DNA of 63,271 nucleotides, counting the filler, from Octopus bimaculoides (Eukaryota), in NCBI RefSeq assembly GCF_001194135.2. It is 5 parts of 5 records of this genome, joined end to end, with 100 filler letters (N's around TTAATTAATTAA, not from the genome) between each part and the next. Parts side by side here need not be neighbours in the genome. Positions count along the whole stretch, not along the records: positions 18,915 to 49,910 come from NC_068988.1; 4 more parts are not named here. One strand, 5' to 3'. Shown piece by piece: positions 25,748 through 41,576 of the stretch. Each line of letters starts with the position of its first letter. Positions within the stretch are counted from its first letter, which is position 1. The position numbers were made by a program, and so were the translations under genes. The notes under the pieces are model-generated. The model was given only the letters and a program-made list of their open reading frames with translations, was not told the DNA's origin and did no database searches.

Positions 25748-26140
25748 AAGGGATGGCCATTAAGTGGACATCCGATATGCTAGAAGAAGGTCATCAACGA
25801 CCCAACCACAAAGAAAAATAATGTTCTCTAGGAAAAATTCAGCAATCAGCGAGCGAGACAAATGAAAAATATACAAAATAAAGAATTAATTGTATACCAG
25901 TTGCCCCATCAATTTTTTTTTACGTAAAAACGTCCGTGGTTCATCAGTACAATCATTCTAAATTCAATATAATTTGCAGAACTATACACGAATTGTCTTC
26001 ATAAAATTGGACGTGCGTACAGTTCTACCGATTACATTGGAGTTATTTTCAAATGTGTCAGCTCTGGCGCTATATATATATATATTTAAATCAAAGTCAT
26101 TTTATTCAGCATGGGTAGAAATATAGAGAAAATCGAAGTT

Positions 26141-26347
26141 GAAAACGCACTGAGAATAGTTGAGATATTTTTTTATTAGTACATTTGAAGCTTTAACCGG
26201 TTTCACAGTTTACACTGATTTTTAAAAAGTTCAAATAGAAAGATGTCTTTGCATTTGAGCTTTTCGAAAATCAGTGTAAACTGCAAAACCGGTTAAAGCT
26301 TCAAATATAGAGATAAAAAACATTTCAACTGTTCTCAATACATTTTC
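26141..26347. repeat. Long fold-back palindrome, ~102-bp arms, 2-nt centre
   Basis: Arms 26141-26243 and 26246-26347; core TTTGAAGCTTTAACCGGTTT..CAGTTTACACTGATTTT mirrored; roughly 80-85% identical by eye. Confidence 0.93.
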
Positions 26348-27211
26348 AAATCTTTTGAAAATAGTAATAATTTCATTATTTTAGCTTCAAATAGCGATTT
26401 GATCTTCACCTGAGAACTAGCATATCTATAAACAAATAATTTGAAATTTATTTCTATTTTACAAAGAAAATATTGTTCGTTTGTCGGCAGATGGAGACAA
26501 TATCAGACCTTTTATTTGTAATTAAAGTTCTATCTGCCAGTGACAAAAATTACCAGCAACTGGAGCGTTTCATTTCATACTGCTGTTGTTTAACAGTATG
26601 TTTAACCATATATTGCTAAAATTAAAATCATAGGTGTTTCCAAGACGTAATTTATCTATATTTTCTAAGATATACCCCATTTATAAATGCTGTTGGTGTG
26701 ATATGAAGCTGGGTCTTTGCAAGTGGTTTTTAGGAAACCAAAGGAAAAAAGGACATTAAAATACATATAATATTTTTTGCAGGTTTGTATGGTGCACTGG
26801 TGTGTTTCTGCTTTAAAAATTTAATACTGAAGTAATCCACGCACAAATCATTTAATCTCCATTATCAACATTTTCAGAAAGCAAAGGAATTCTGTTTACT
26901 TTTTACTTCAGTTCTGAATGAGACCACACAATGTAACACAGAAGCGCATACACACACTCCAACACACACGCACGCGACACATATATAATCTCTGATTTCA
27001 CTTCTGTGTAAACGAATATTAGTAATTGTATTTACTTACGGCTAGTTCATGTTAATAACATATGTCAATTCCACTTCACGTCTACCATTAGCGTTATTTT
27101 GGCTTCTTAGGCTAAAATATGTAGATAGCATTCCAATAGGGAAACCGATATAATATAAATCTACTCATTCCTCAATCCCGTATACACATACATACATACA
27201 TACACACATAC

Positions 27212-27245
<34 letters not shown>

Positions 27246-27597
27246 GNNNNNNNNNNNNNNNNNNNNNNNNNNNNNNNNNNNNNNNNNNNNNNNNNNNNNN
27301 NNNNNNNNNNNNNNNNNNNNNNNNNNNNNNNNNNNNNNNNNNNNNNNNNNNNNNNNNNNNNNNNNNNNNNNNNNNNNNNNNNNNNNNNNNNNNNNNNNNN
27401 NNNNNNNNNNNNNNNNNNNNNNNNNNNNNNNNNNNNNNNNNNNNNNNNNNATATATATATACATATATATATACAAACGCACACATACATGTATTCACAC
27501 TCAGACACATATTCACATATATCATGTGTGCTTTTTCGGATTTATGCTTTACTGACGAGATATAAATATATATACTTAAATACATACACACACACAA

Positions 27598-27635
<38 letters not shown>

Positions 27636-28154
27636 ACAGATGCATACTTGCATTCATACACATACACACACAAACACAAACACACATGCACACATCATGG
27701 CTATGCTATGTCGAGTTATGTTGCCGTTTTATCAGCAAAAAGAATAATCTCAACGATTTCCATGACGAAAGCTGCAAGCCAGCAAATTGTTATATGTTTT
27801 TTTTCTCCTTATATATTGTACGTCTATGTTTGTGTTACATTCTTTTATATCTATTTGTTTTATTTTCTGTGGTTGATTTGTTTCTGTTGTTCCTTATATA
27901 TATTAGACTGTTAATTTATTCATATATATTGTATTATATATTTTTGTTTTTTGGTTTTGTATCATCATTGTAATTTTTGCGGGTATTTTTGTGTTTTCGT
28001 ATTATTGTTGGTACGGTTATTTTGGTTTATCTTTCAGAAAAAGTATATTTGATGTTTTTTTTTTAGTATTTCTCTTCTTGATTTTCTTATAATTTTAATT
28101 TCATGGTCCTTCATCTGTGTCTTGCTCTCTGTCCTTTTATATGGTATACGTAAA

Positions 28155-28195
<41 letters not shown>

Positions 28196-28521
28196 NNNNN
28201 NNNNNNNNNNNNNNNNNNNNNNNNNNNNNNNNNNNNNNNNNNNNNNNNNNNNNNNNNNNNNNNNNNNNNNNNNNNNNNNNNNNNNNNNNNNNNNNNNNNN
28301 NNNNNNNNNNNNNNNNNNNNNNNNNNNNNNNNNNNNNNNNNNNNNNNNNNNNNNNNNNNNNNNNNNNNNNNNNNNNNNNNNNNNNNNNNNNNNNNNNNNN
28401 NNNNNNNNNNNNNNNNNNNNNNNNNNNNNNNNNNNNNNNNNNNNNNNNNNNNNNNNNNNNNNNNNNNNNNNNNNNNNNNNNNNNNNNNNNNNNNNNNNNN
28501 NNNNNNNNNATATATACAGAA

Positions 28522-28554
<33 letters not shown>

Positions 28555-28828
28555 TGTATTGATATGTTCCTTTGTATTTCGCTAATCTCATGTGTGTTTA
28601 TGTCGGGGTGTTGCAGAAATTTTCGGAGCGCATCACAGTCTTGACTGTAAATCTATTAGTCTGCGTATTAAAGTATTTTGTTTGGCTGAATAAACTGATG
28701 TATGTATGTGTGTGTTTGTGTGTGCGTGTGTGTTGTCGAGTCCGTATACGTGTGACTTCTCTCGCTAATTGTATGTTTCAATGTAACCGATTGCAATATA
28801 TACACGTGTCTCTGTTTGTTTATACGCA

Positions 28829-28971
<143 letters not shown>

Positions 28972-29945
28972 GTATATATATATATATATCTGCATATCTA
29001 CAAATATAAGTCTGCGTCGCGTCTAGTATTTTGTAGATTGTGAATACAAAGAAAACGAAGACATCTTGAATATTTGTGAACAGCTATTTTTACAGAATAC
29101 CTCCAGAACAGATGACAACATCATGGTCACTAAGATTGTTATCACCTTCATTAATACAATTACATGATAATGGTATTCGGTATTGCGCGTGGAAGAGATA
29201 GTGGTGGCTTTAGATAGGATGTTGTTAACCATGGTAGTGGTTACGTTGTATTTGTTGTTGTTGATTATGATGATGATGATGATGAATACTAGGATGTTGA
29301 TGACGATGGTGATAATGATGTTGATGACGGGACTGAAGAGGTTAATGGAAATGAATAGGATTACAACAATCATCATAACCGTCGCCGCCATTACCATCAT
29401 CCCTGTTACCATGGTAATGATGACCTTCGACAACGTCATCATCGTCGTCGTCATCGTCATTATTAGCATCGCAGTCGTCGACGTGGGGGTCATCATCAAC
29501 ACCGCCACCGCCAACACCAACATTATCCCCCCCCCCACACAACCACCAGCGGCACCACCAGCACAACAACCACTAACTCTATTACTACCACTACCACCAC
29601 AACTACACCACCACCACCATCATNNNNNNNNNNNNNNNNNNNNNNNNNNNNNNNNNNNNNNNNNNNNNNNNNNNNNNNNNNNNNNNNNNNNNNNNNNNNN
29701 NNNNNNNNNNNNNNNNNNNNNNNNNNNNNNNNNNNNNNNNNNNNNNNNNNNNNNNNNNNNNNNNNNNNNNNNNNNNNNNNNNNNNNNNNNNNNNNNNNNN
29801 NNNNNNNNNNNNNNNNNNNNNNNNNNNNNNNNNNNNNNNNNNNNNNNNNNNNNNNNNNNNNNNNNNNNNNNNNNNNNNNNNNNNNNNNNNNNNNNNNNNN
29901 NNNNNNNNNNNNNNNNNNNNNNNNNNNNNNNNNNNNNNNNNNNNN

Positions 29946-29987
<42 letters not shown>

Positions 29988-30361
29988 AGCCGTCGTCGCC
30001 CTGTTACTGCTTTCGGTTAGATTTTCTTCTTTTCCTTATCATTATTGGTGTTTTTGTTGTTGTTGTTATTGCTGCTGTTATCAGTGTTATTGACAAAGTC
30101 ACATATCTTACAATAATTGCCAATTCTGATTTCAATCCAATGCAACAGTCAAAACAACGACAAAATCAACAACAACAACAACAACAACAACCAGGACAAT
30201 ACCAACACTGTAGCTTCTTATGTGGGTTTGACTGCGTGAATGGATATACGAGGGTATATGCGATTGCGTAAGGGAGTATTTGTGCGATACGCCTTGTGTT
30301 TGTATTTATGTATGTATATGGGTGTATATATATATATATATATATACATGCACACACACAT

Positions 30362-30429
<68 letters not shown>

Positions 30430-30491
30430 TCATTTGCTTATGTGTATATTCATATATATATATATATATGCATTCACGTGTGCATATATAC

Positions 30492-30527
<36 letters not shown>

Positions 30528-30806
30528 NNNNNNNNNNTATATATATATATATATATATATATGCATATACATTTATATATGCCTATGTACACACATGTAT
30601 ATATGTAAATTTCTTTCTACGTGCGCATATACATACATATATGCATATCTTTATACACACACATACACACACACATATATATACGTTTAAATACAGATAT
30701 ATATGTGTATATACATACATACATATATATATATATATATGGGAGAATATACAAAAAATAACAACAGACGAGGACAGGTGGTGTAAATAACAAAAGTATA
30801 TATTAG

Positions 30807-30850
<44 letters not shown>

Positions 30851-31212
30851 TGTGTGTGTGTGTGAGTGTTTTTACATATATATATGCAAATATTTGCTCA
30901 CATGTATGTATGTTTGCGTATGGATGTGTCGGTGTAAAATATATATCTCCAGATTCTATTTGTGTGTCTGAGGGCTCTGATTGAAAATGTTAAATCTTGT
31001 GTGTGGTTGAGGCAGGGTTGAGGTCGTTGTCTGGAACAGTGTTATTGGATATAATGAAGGTGGTGTATGTATATGCATGTGCTGAGTATTATTGCAGCTT
31101 TTATAATGCAAGGATACATACATGAATGTATGTTTACTCGTTTACTTGTTGTGTGAGTGCGTGTGTATGCGTGCCTGAAGGTCCGTCTGTGTGGGCATTT
31201 GTCTAGACGTGT

Positions 31213-31249
<37 letters not shown>

Positions 31250-32104
31250 CATATATACATATATACATATATACATATATGTATATATATATATATATAT
31301 ANNNNNNNNNNNNNNNNNNNNNNNNNNNNNNNNNNNNNNNNNNNNNNNNNNNNNNNNNNNNNNNNNNNNNNNNNNNNNNNNNNNNNNNNNNNNNNNNNNN
31401 NNNNNNNNNNNNNNNNNNNNNNNNNNNNNNNNNNNNNNNNNNNNNNNNNNNNNNNNNNNNNNNNNNNNNNNNNNNNNNNNNNNNNNNNNNNNNNNNNNNN
31501 NNNNNNNNNNNNNNNNNNNNNNNNNNNNNNNNNNNNNNNNNNNNNNNNNNNNNNNNNNNNNNNNNNNNNNNNNNNNNNNNNNNNNNNNNNNNNNNNNNNN
31601 NNNNNNNNNNNNNNNNNNNNNNNNNNNNNNNNNNNNNNNNNNNNNNNNNNNNNNNNNNNNNNNNNNNNNNNNNNNNNNNNNNNNNNNNNNNNNNNNNNNN
31701 NNNNNNNNNNNNNNNNNNNNNNNNNNNNNNNNNNNNNNNNNNNNNNNNNNNNNNNNNNNNNNNNNNNNNNNNNNNNNNNNNNNNNNNNNNNNNNNNNNNN
31801 NNNNNNNNNNNNNNNNNNNNNNNNNNNNNNNNNNNNNNNNNNNNNNNNNNNNNNNNNNNNNNNNNNNNNNNNNNNNNNNNNNNNNNNNNNNNNNNNNNNN
31901 NNNNNNNNNNNNNNNNNNNNNNNNNNNNNNNNNNNNNNNNNNNNNNNNNNNNNNNNNNNNNNNNNNNNNNNNNNNNNNNNNNNNNNNNNNNNNNNNNNNN
32001 NNNNNNNNNNNNNNNNNNNNNNNNNNNNNNNNNNNNNNNNNNNNNNNNNNNNNNNNNNNNNNNNNNNNNNNNNNNNNNNNNNNNNNNNNNTTATAATTAT
32101 TATA

Positions 32105-32151
<47 letters not shown>

Positions 32152-32181
32152 CATTTTTATTGTCAGTGTTATTGTTATTAT

Positions 32182-32237
<56 letters not shown>

Positions 32238-32333
32238 GTTATTATTAGTATCATTATAATTATCATTTATTATTATTATTGTAATTATTATCATTATTAT
32301 TATTATTATTATTGGTGTTGTTATTAGTATGTG

Positions 32334-32670
32334 AAGGCACATGGCTCAGTGGTTAGAGCGTCGAGCTTACGATCGTGAGGTTGTGAGTTCGAATCCCGGA
32401 CCGGGTTGTGTGTTGTGTTATTGAGCAAGACACTTTATTTCATGTTGCTCCAGTTCACTCAGCTGTAGATGTGAGTTGCGTCGTCACAGGTGCAAAGATC
32501 TATCGGCCTTTGCCTTTCTCTGGGATAACACTGGTGGCGTGAAGAGGGGAGGCTGGTATGCATGGGCAGCTGCTGGTCTTCCATGAACAACCTTGCCCGG
32601 ACTTGTGTGCCTGGGAGGGTAACTTTCTAGGTGCAATCCCATGGTTAGTCATGACCGAAGGGGGTCTCAG
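32334..32670 (+). mobile_element. tRNA-derived SINE family C, full length
   Basis: A box TGGCTCAGTGGTTAGAGC, B box GAGTTCGAATCCC, central TTGAGCAAGACACTTT (CORE/Meta-like); flanked by (TTA)n on both sides. Confidence 0.9.
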
Positions 32671-32674
32671 CATA

Positions 32675-32723
<49 letters not shown>

Positions 32724-33408
32724 GATTAGTAGTAGTATTAGTAGTGGTAGAAGAGGTAGTATTATTATTAGTAGTAGTAGTAGTAGAAGTAGTAATAGTA
32801 GTAGTATTAGCAGCAGCAGTAGTAGTAGTAGTAGTACTACCACTACTACTACGAGGAGGAGGAAAAGAAGTTACAAGTACATAAATATATCGAAAAATTG
32901 AAGAAAATTTAAAATGGTCGCCAAAGTCAGAGGGAGAGAAAAGAAAGAGAACGCGAGAGAGAGAGAGGGGGAGAGAAGGATGGAGAGGTGAGAGTGGGAG
33001 AGAGAAAGAGAGCCGGGGAGAAAGGGACAGCAACAATAAGAAAAAGGAACAAAACATTTCATTTTTTACATTTTACAGAATGCTTTTGTTAATAATTTTT
33101 CAGTTGCAGTGGTTATAATCATCGTTATTGTCGTTGTTGCTGCTGTTATAGTGGGAACACATAGCAGTTGCTTTTTGTTGTTATTTAAAAAAAATTCTAT
33201 GTGTCTTACTGATCATTTCTTAATTATTGTTATCTCTTTTTTCTTTTTGATAATTGTCGATAGTTTTAAAATCAAACTAATGCGAACTGACAGAAGAATC
33301 AATGTAGTGGATATTGCAGCTCGCTCAATGATTGATGTGTGGGTGAGAGGAAGATGACGAGCAAATGAACGAAAGAATGAATAAACGAAATAATTCGTGG
33401 TAATAAAA

Positions 33409-33590
<182 letters not shown>

Positions 33591-33593
33591 AAT

Positions 33594-34463
33594 GATTACA
33601 GGAAACCCCATTCATGGCAAATACTGGACTAAACTAAATGCAAAAGAAATAGACAAAGCAAAATCCCAATAATGGCTTAGGAGCTCAGGACTCAAAGCAG
33701 AGACTGAAGGATTTTTAATTGCAGCACAAGACCAAACCCACGCCATTAGAAATGACCAAATGCATATAATGAAAAGAAACATAACAAGTAAATGCAGAGC
33801 ATGTGGAGATGGACAAGAAACAATAAATCATATTTTCTCTCGTTGCCCAGTCCTGGCTAAGAAGGAAGATATTCACAGATATCACAGAGCTGGGACTTAC
33901 ATTACACTGGAAGCTATGCCAACACTATGGAATAACAACAGAAAAAAGATGGTATAAACACACGCCAGAAAAGGTCACAGAAAACGAGAAAGCAACCATA
34001 CTCTGGGATATGCCAATACACACATATAGAGAAATTAAGGCAAATAGACCAGATATAGTTGTCAAAGATTATGAAGAAAAAGAATGCTTTCTAATTGCTG
34101 TGTCAATACCGATAGATGACAGCGTTCCTCTAAAAGAAATGGAGAAATTTCAAAATACAAAAACATGGAAATTGAGGTAACTCGAATGTGGAGTCTGAAG
34201 ACAGAAACAATTCCTATCATAATAGGCGCATATGGTATTATAAAAAATATTCAGGCAAATACATGAGAAAAACACAATGACTAACAAATATATATATAAC
34301 ATACAGAAAAATAGCACGACTGGGTACCACTCATATCCTACGTAAAACACTTTCAATGCAGTTTATATAAGAGCTTCACAACAAATCGCAAGATATACCC
34401 AAGGCACACAGATCTGCACTCGGCAGTGCACTGAAACACGTGATAAAAATAAGACTACTGAAT
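33594..34463 (+). mobile_element. R4/Dong-clade non-LTR retrotransposon 3' end (CCHC knuckle + restriction-like endonuclease), 5'-truncated
   Basis: IHGKY..WLRSSGLKAETEGFLIAAQDQ; KCRACGDGQETINHIFSRC; HWKLCQHYG..WYKHTPEKV; ILWDMPIHT..ANRPDIVVKD; IPIIIGAYG; IQKIARLGTTHILRKTL*. Followed by (AAT)n 34470-34570. Confidence 0.92.
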
Positions 34464-34490
34464 GACAATGATAATAATAATAATAACAAC

Positions 34491-34571
<81 letters not shown>

Positions 34572-34864
34572 GCATGCGAACAATAGAGGTCATGCTTCTA
34601 ATAATTGGTGAGTTAGGAACAGGAAGACAAGATATAGGCAAATCGCTATAACCTATATGTTAAATTGAGCCAAGAAAATTTAACGGGTATGCGATTGTCT
34701 CGTTTACGAGAAATCATAGTCAAATTCTCTTACAAGCGATACACTGGTATCTCGTACGTTGAGATTCCAGATTGCCAAAATATTTAACAATGTGTTGTTG
34801 TTCAACCTATAGACCTAAATCCGTCCTTGGCCAGGACGCCTTACATTTCATTATCATAATTCGG

Positions 34865-35060
34865 TAAGGCGGTGAGCTGGAATGATGAATAACGCGTCGG
34901 ACGAAATGCATAGTCCTTCTTTGCGTTCGGCGATTAAATTCCGCTGATGTTAACTCTACTGTTCCTTCTTTTCGTGTCGAAAAGCACTGGAGTCTGTTGA
35001 AATCAAGTTCCTCTCTTAGCCGAAAACTGCTGGTCTCGTGTCAAAATCCGAAAAAATTAT
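34865..35060 (+). mobile_element. SINE family B, diverged
   Basis: TAAGGCGGTGAGCTGG head; CGAAATGC; AAATTCCGC..GT.AACT..; CTGCTGGTCTCGTG tail. Confidence 0.8.
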
Positions 35061-35933
35061 CTTTGCCCCGATAGATAGTTCACTAAAAATTACATTATTC
35101 AACAGGGCCACTGTTTTTTTTTTCTAAACAGAAGATACGGATGTTATTTGAATAGGATTTAGTTGCTATTTGTAGCAAATTCAGTAATGAAATTATCAAG
35201 GATGATTTACTTTCATCCAGATATGAGAGATCTGAGGCTAACCATCAATGTTAGCACAAGAACATTTTTAAATAGTCTCTTTAAATAGAACCCAGAGTAA
35301 GCACAATGCATATCAAGTAATTTCAGGAAACAGAAGTCAAGCAAATAAGAGAAAAACACAGTCAAGAAACATCAGTAAGTTGACTAGCTTAGAAATAAAA
35401 GACATTATTTCGCATAGAAGAAATGAAGAAATTACATTCCCGTAGTATATATGCATTTCATTCTAAAGACATGGGGTACTTTAGAAAACAAAATGGAGTT
35501 TTATTAAAATATTGCATTTTACAGAGGATATTTTAGACTATGAATCTATAAATATGTATGAAGCTAATACATATGCATAAGAGAGGAATTAAGATATATG
35601 AATATATGTATTACCTAATCGGAATGAGTACTACAAATACAAGCACATACAGGAATACATATTCACATACACTAAATGACAAATACGCACACATAAATAT
35701 ATACTATGCACACTCAAGTGTGTGTTTGTTTGCAACAATGTATAGATTTGTGTATTTACAACATTTCACTGTTTATGTGTATATATTTGTGTTTGTATAT
35801 GCGAATGAATGCATATTTTTGTGTTTATGGGTAGATATATGCATTTGTGTTTCTAATTCTGCTATAGACAAGTACGAATGCAAACGCATACACGCACACA
35901 CACACATACACACAACAATTTATATATACATAG

Positions 35934-35975
<42 letters not shown>

Positions 35976-37507
35976 NNNNNNNNNNNNNNNNNNNNNNNNN
36001 NNNNNNNNNNNNNNNNNNNNNNNNNNNNNNNNNNNNNNNNNNNNNNNNNNNNNNNNNNNNNNNNNNNNNNNNNNNNNNNNNNNNNNNNNNNNNNNNNNNN
36101 NNNNNNNNNNNNNNNNNNNNNNNNNNNNNNNNNNNNNNNNNNNNNNNNNNNNNNNNNNNNNNNNNNNNNNNNNNTACGAATATTTAATTTTAAGAGTACT
36201 CATTTTCATATTTATGCAAAACGCATACTTACATAATAAGACACATCAACAGCGGGAATTCACACATACATACATACATACATACATACACACGTACAAA
36301 TGTAATAATTCTTTTTCATACTTCTTCAATGTATTGAGGTCTGCAAGAGTCAACAGTGTTTCAGAAGAATGTTTAAAAAACTAAAAACAAAAACGCTAGA
36401 AAAAACCAAAACAAAAGAGAAAAGAACCAACTATTTATGCATCTAATGAATATTTTTCTATTCTATTTCTCAAAAGGAAAGACGACCATATCAGTTCAAT
36501 GCCTGCATTGACCTGAATTTCTATTTGAAGACATTATTCAAAATACTATTCTTTCACCTATTTACAGTCTCTTTTATTGAAGGGAAAACTATGACGGGTT
36601 TTATACGGCGAACCACTCCAAACAGTTTTGAATACATTTTAAGTAGTTTGACTATGTTTTAGAATAAGTACATGAAACCTGTGACCTTATTTAAGAAACA
36701 ATGATCATATATATATTCGTGACGATATCCGGGTATTAACATCAGTTGTATCTTACAGTTCAATTGACCTGGGATCGTTCGAAAACCACGGAACACAATA
36801 ATGTGAATGAGATTTTATAAGGAAGACTAATTCTGCTTTTGGAAATGCCGGAACGCCTCGACTCAACTATGCTAAGGTCGGAACACGTTTATAGTTTAGA
36901 AATCAACTAACTTTCGCAAATATACTAAACATTCTAGTATGCTTAGTAAACATACTAAACATGTGGTTCTCAGTTCCATACCGTTATATTGTATATTCTT
37001 AAAGAATTTCCAGGAATAGCTTCAGTCAGAGATCTAAGGACTGAGAAGAATATCAGTTAGATGGAAATTGTTGTTAGATATAAGAATGGGATCCAAACCC
37101 GTCGTAATGTTTAGTAACAATGATGGACGCTAAATTCATTTAATGAAACCGATTCAACGACGAGTATCGGAAAAAGCTTGAGTAGGACATGCTTCGCCTA
37201 ATTGGATCAGCTCTGGACAAGAAGAAGGAAAAACAGCCTCGACAAGCACGAAATTCTCTACGCTTGAGTTACTTTAAAACTTCTTGCCGATTAAAAATAA
37301 TGAAATGTATATATATACTCATGTAGTGCTTCCTTCCTTTCCAGTTTGCACTAGAAGACCATATATGTGTGTGTATGTGCATTTGTGTGTATGTGTGCGT
37401 GTTTGTATATATATATATATATATATATATACGCACAAACACATGAACACACACAAACACATACACAGACACACACACATAATGCAGTGTGGGGCATTCT
37501 AGTTATT

Positions 37508-37595
<88 letters not shown>

Positions 37596-38150
37596 TATGT
37601 CGTCTATCTATAAACACAAATACAAGCGTTGTTTCCTGTGTATGAAACTATATATACTTTCGCTTTCATTCATTAAATCTTCAAGAAACTATGCACTGCA
37701 AACTACGAGCTAAAAAACAAAAAACAAAACAAACAAAACAAAACAAAACAAAACAAAACAAGACATTCTTTATAAAATCTGCCTCTGTTGTTTGGAAATC
37801 TATTCAGTTGCCCACTCCCAATAGCATATCTTTGATTAAGAATTCCTGCAGCATTGGGAGTAGTTTAAAATTCTGGCACAAAATTACTGGCGCTAAATTT
37901 GGCATTGTGTCCTTGTTATAAACAACATAAACCCTTTCTTTAAGCACCTTAAATATTGGAAACTGTTTCCCTTGTCAGCTCTAAAACTACTCAAATATAC
38001 ATTCCTTATTTCCAGAAATAAACAAAAGTCTGGCAATGCAACTTTATTTTAAGTATTTCTCTTTTCTGCAGCATGAAATCTCATTCATACGATTTCTTTC
38101 GCCATACTTCTTATTGTGTCTATCATTTTCAATCTAACCTTCAATCTATA

Positions 38151-38279
<129 letters not shown>

Positions 38280-38526
38280 CTGCATATACATGAGTGTAGA
38301 TATACATGNNNNNNNNNNTGTAAATATATATATATATACATTAATATATATGTATGTGTGTGTATATCTATGTGAATATATATTTATATATACTATTTAC
38401 ATGCATATATATGTATCACTCGCCCCACCTTTCTCTATCTCTCTTTGTCTATATATAAAGTTCCATACATACATGCTTACATACATACGTACAAACAAAC
38501 AATACATACATGCATACATACATACA

Positions 38527-38557
<31 letters not shown>

Positions 38558-38683
38558 CTCTGTATCTTTAATCATGAATCTGTTCTGGTCTATGTCTCTA
38601 TATTTAGTTATACATGTGTATATATATGTATGTATTTATGTGTGTGTATGCATGCGCACAAATACAAAAAGACAGACACACAG

Positions 38684-38824
<141 letters not shown>

Positions 38825-41268
38825 TGTATATATTTCAATACTTCATACTCCCTCCGCCTTTCTTTCCATTTCCCAAAATCCACTATTTTTACATCTAACC
38901 CTTTTTCCTCTCTATCCTTACTTCCGTCCCCACATTTTTCCATTATACAATGCAATCTATAAACAGCTCCAAGTCGTAACTCTTTCGGTGTTGCCAAAGG
39001 GATTTCGTTTTCCCCGTTGGCTAATAAACAAAATTTACCAGTTTAGCAGGAAGGCAATTTTGCGCCATCGTCTATTTTCTTTCTCCACCGGGGAATTTTA
39101 CGTCATTCCGCTTTTGTTCTGTAGTGGGAAGCATTGAATTCTCACACGCTCACGTATTCACACAGGCGCACGCAGAGACTCAAGTACACCCACACATCAC
39201 ACGCACTCACAATACACACATTCACACACACACACACGTATAGAGAAACCCTCTCATGCGCACCAAGACACAGTATGATATATACATACGTCAGCATCAT
39301 GACAGCCTATCATTGTGTATGAGTGTATATGTATGAGTAAGTACGAAATCATTCATCTGCTACGGTATTTATACGTATATATATATATATNNNNNNNNNN
39401 NNNNNNNNNNNNNNNNNNNNNNNNNNNNNNNNNNNNNNNNNNNNNNNNNNNNNNNNNNNNNNNNNNNNNNNNNNNNNNNNNNNNNNNNNNNNNNNNNNNN
39501 NNNNNNNNNNNNNNNNNNNNNNNNNNNNNNNNNNNNNNNNNNNNNNNNNNNNNNNNNNNNNNNNNNNNNNNNNNNNNNNNNNNNNNNNNNNNNNNNNNNN
39601 NNNNNNNNNNNNNNNNNNNNNNNNNNNNNNNNNNNNNNNNNNNNNNNNNNNNNNNNNNNNNNNNNNNNNNNNNNNNNNNNNNNNNNNNNNNNNNNNNNNN
39701 NNNNNNNNNNNNNNNNNNNNNNNNNNNNNNNNNNNNNNNNNNNNNNNNNNNNNNNNNNNNNNNNNNNNNNATATATATATATATATATATATAGTGTCCA
39801 ATGGTGGGCTTCAAGAAAGCTCTGAGTGTACGTGTGTATCTGTGTATACGTACATTTCTTATTGTATTCACAACGAAGTTAATTTGTGTAATACATATCT
39901 CCCTCATTCTATCTTTCCTATATACACATTTTTATTAACGTTATAGAAAATACGCACTTCTTGACGAGATTGTATTCGAGATATAAAAATACGCTGGTTG
40001 AATACAAGAATAATCATAAAGTTATATTTTATTTTCAAGGGAAAATTGATTTTTGGCGATTTTGTTTTCTTTTTCTCTTCGTTACCTCACCCTTAATTTA
40101 AGGGAAAAAGCTAATTCTTTTTATTTATGGATACCTTCCCGGTTTTATTTATTTTCGGTTTTTCGTATTTTTTATTTTCATGTCTAAACGTTTCGTAAAA
40201 GAGTTGAAGATAATATATTTATGTGATGGCTTTTGTTTTATATAAGGAATATTTTGAATTGTTTTGAATACTTTCATTCTCAACGAAGTTTCATTTGGGA
40301 AATAAAACATGTATAAGAATAGTAACAATAAGTTTGTCACAAATAGTGAAACGGTAACCTTTGTAAGAGAAAAGAATTGCAGTGCATAAAATATTCGCTG
40401 GAAGAATACAACCATACGTACATGCATGCATAATTACAGATGTACGTATATATATATATATATNNNNNNNNNNNNNNNNNNNNNNNNNNNNNNNNNNNNN
40501 NNNNNNNNNNNNNNNNNNNNNNNNNNNNNNNNNNNNNNNNNNNNNNNNNNNNNNNNNNNNNNNNNNNNNNNNNNNNNNNNNNNNNNNNNNNNNNNNNNNN
40601 NNNNNNNNNNNNNNNNNNNNNNNNNNNNNNNNNNNNNNNNNNNNNNNNNNNATATATATTGAAACGCATATAGAAATAGATGCACATAAACATGGGTATA
40701 CTTCCACATCAGTAACATCAGGTTCGTTTGCAATAAAATTTCAAGGTTTCTAAATTCCTCTTCATCAATGTTTCCTGATTACCTCAGCCCTATCTTCATG
40801 ATGTTGGCTTCTAAACTGTACATTTATAATGAGTAATTTATCTTAATGTAGACTTTATGGCTAGAATTTCACCGGAGAAACGAATAGAGTCTTATAACAG
40901 ATGATGAACGTTTATGATATTTGTTTATATTTTGAATGTAGCCTTTGGTTGATGGTATTAATGCTGCATCCAGAATATACATCTTTATTCTAGCGAAATT
41001 TATATAACGTATAGATGTATTTGATGTGAATTTCTATCTATCTTTTGTTTTAGAGCTTGTGGTAGTGCGTTGAATTGTTTCCTGCTGTAAATTTATGGTA
41101 AGCCGGGTGGGTAAATTTTATACTTGCCAGGTCAAGGTAACAGTCGGAGTCGTGAAGTAGATAAATCTTATATTTTCAAGTTAAGCTTGTTCTAATATCC
41201 AATGGTTGTACCCGGGTGTACTTTTGTAATGTATTATTGATATCAGTATACATGGGCACAGGCGCCCG

Positions 41269-41302
<34 letters not shown>

Positions 41303-41314
41303 ACCACACACACA

Positions 41315-41360
<46 letters not shown>

Positions 41361-41533
41361 TAAGTGTGTGAGAGTAAGAGCCCGTGTGTGCTTGTGTGCG
41401 AGCGTGCATATGTGTGTGTGTGTGCATATATATAATTATATATGCATGTATCAATATATATCTATGCGTATATACATATATAAATATGTATGCATGTACA
41501 TATACATATATATATATGTCTATGTGTCTATAT

Positions 41534-41576
<43 letters not shown>

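Noticed and set aside
29023-29989. Met/Ile/Val/Thr-rich ORFs on both strands (also 32500-33057 and 59534-60082)
   Set aside because: Degenerate trinucleotide repeats (GAT/CAT/CAC); no domain, no splice or homology support.
32341-32402. tRNA gene
   Set aside because: A and B boxes are present but continue into a SINE body without an acceptor stem; it is a SINE head.
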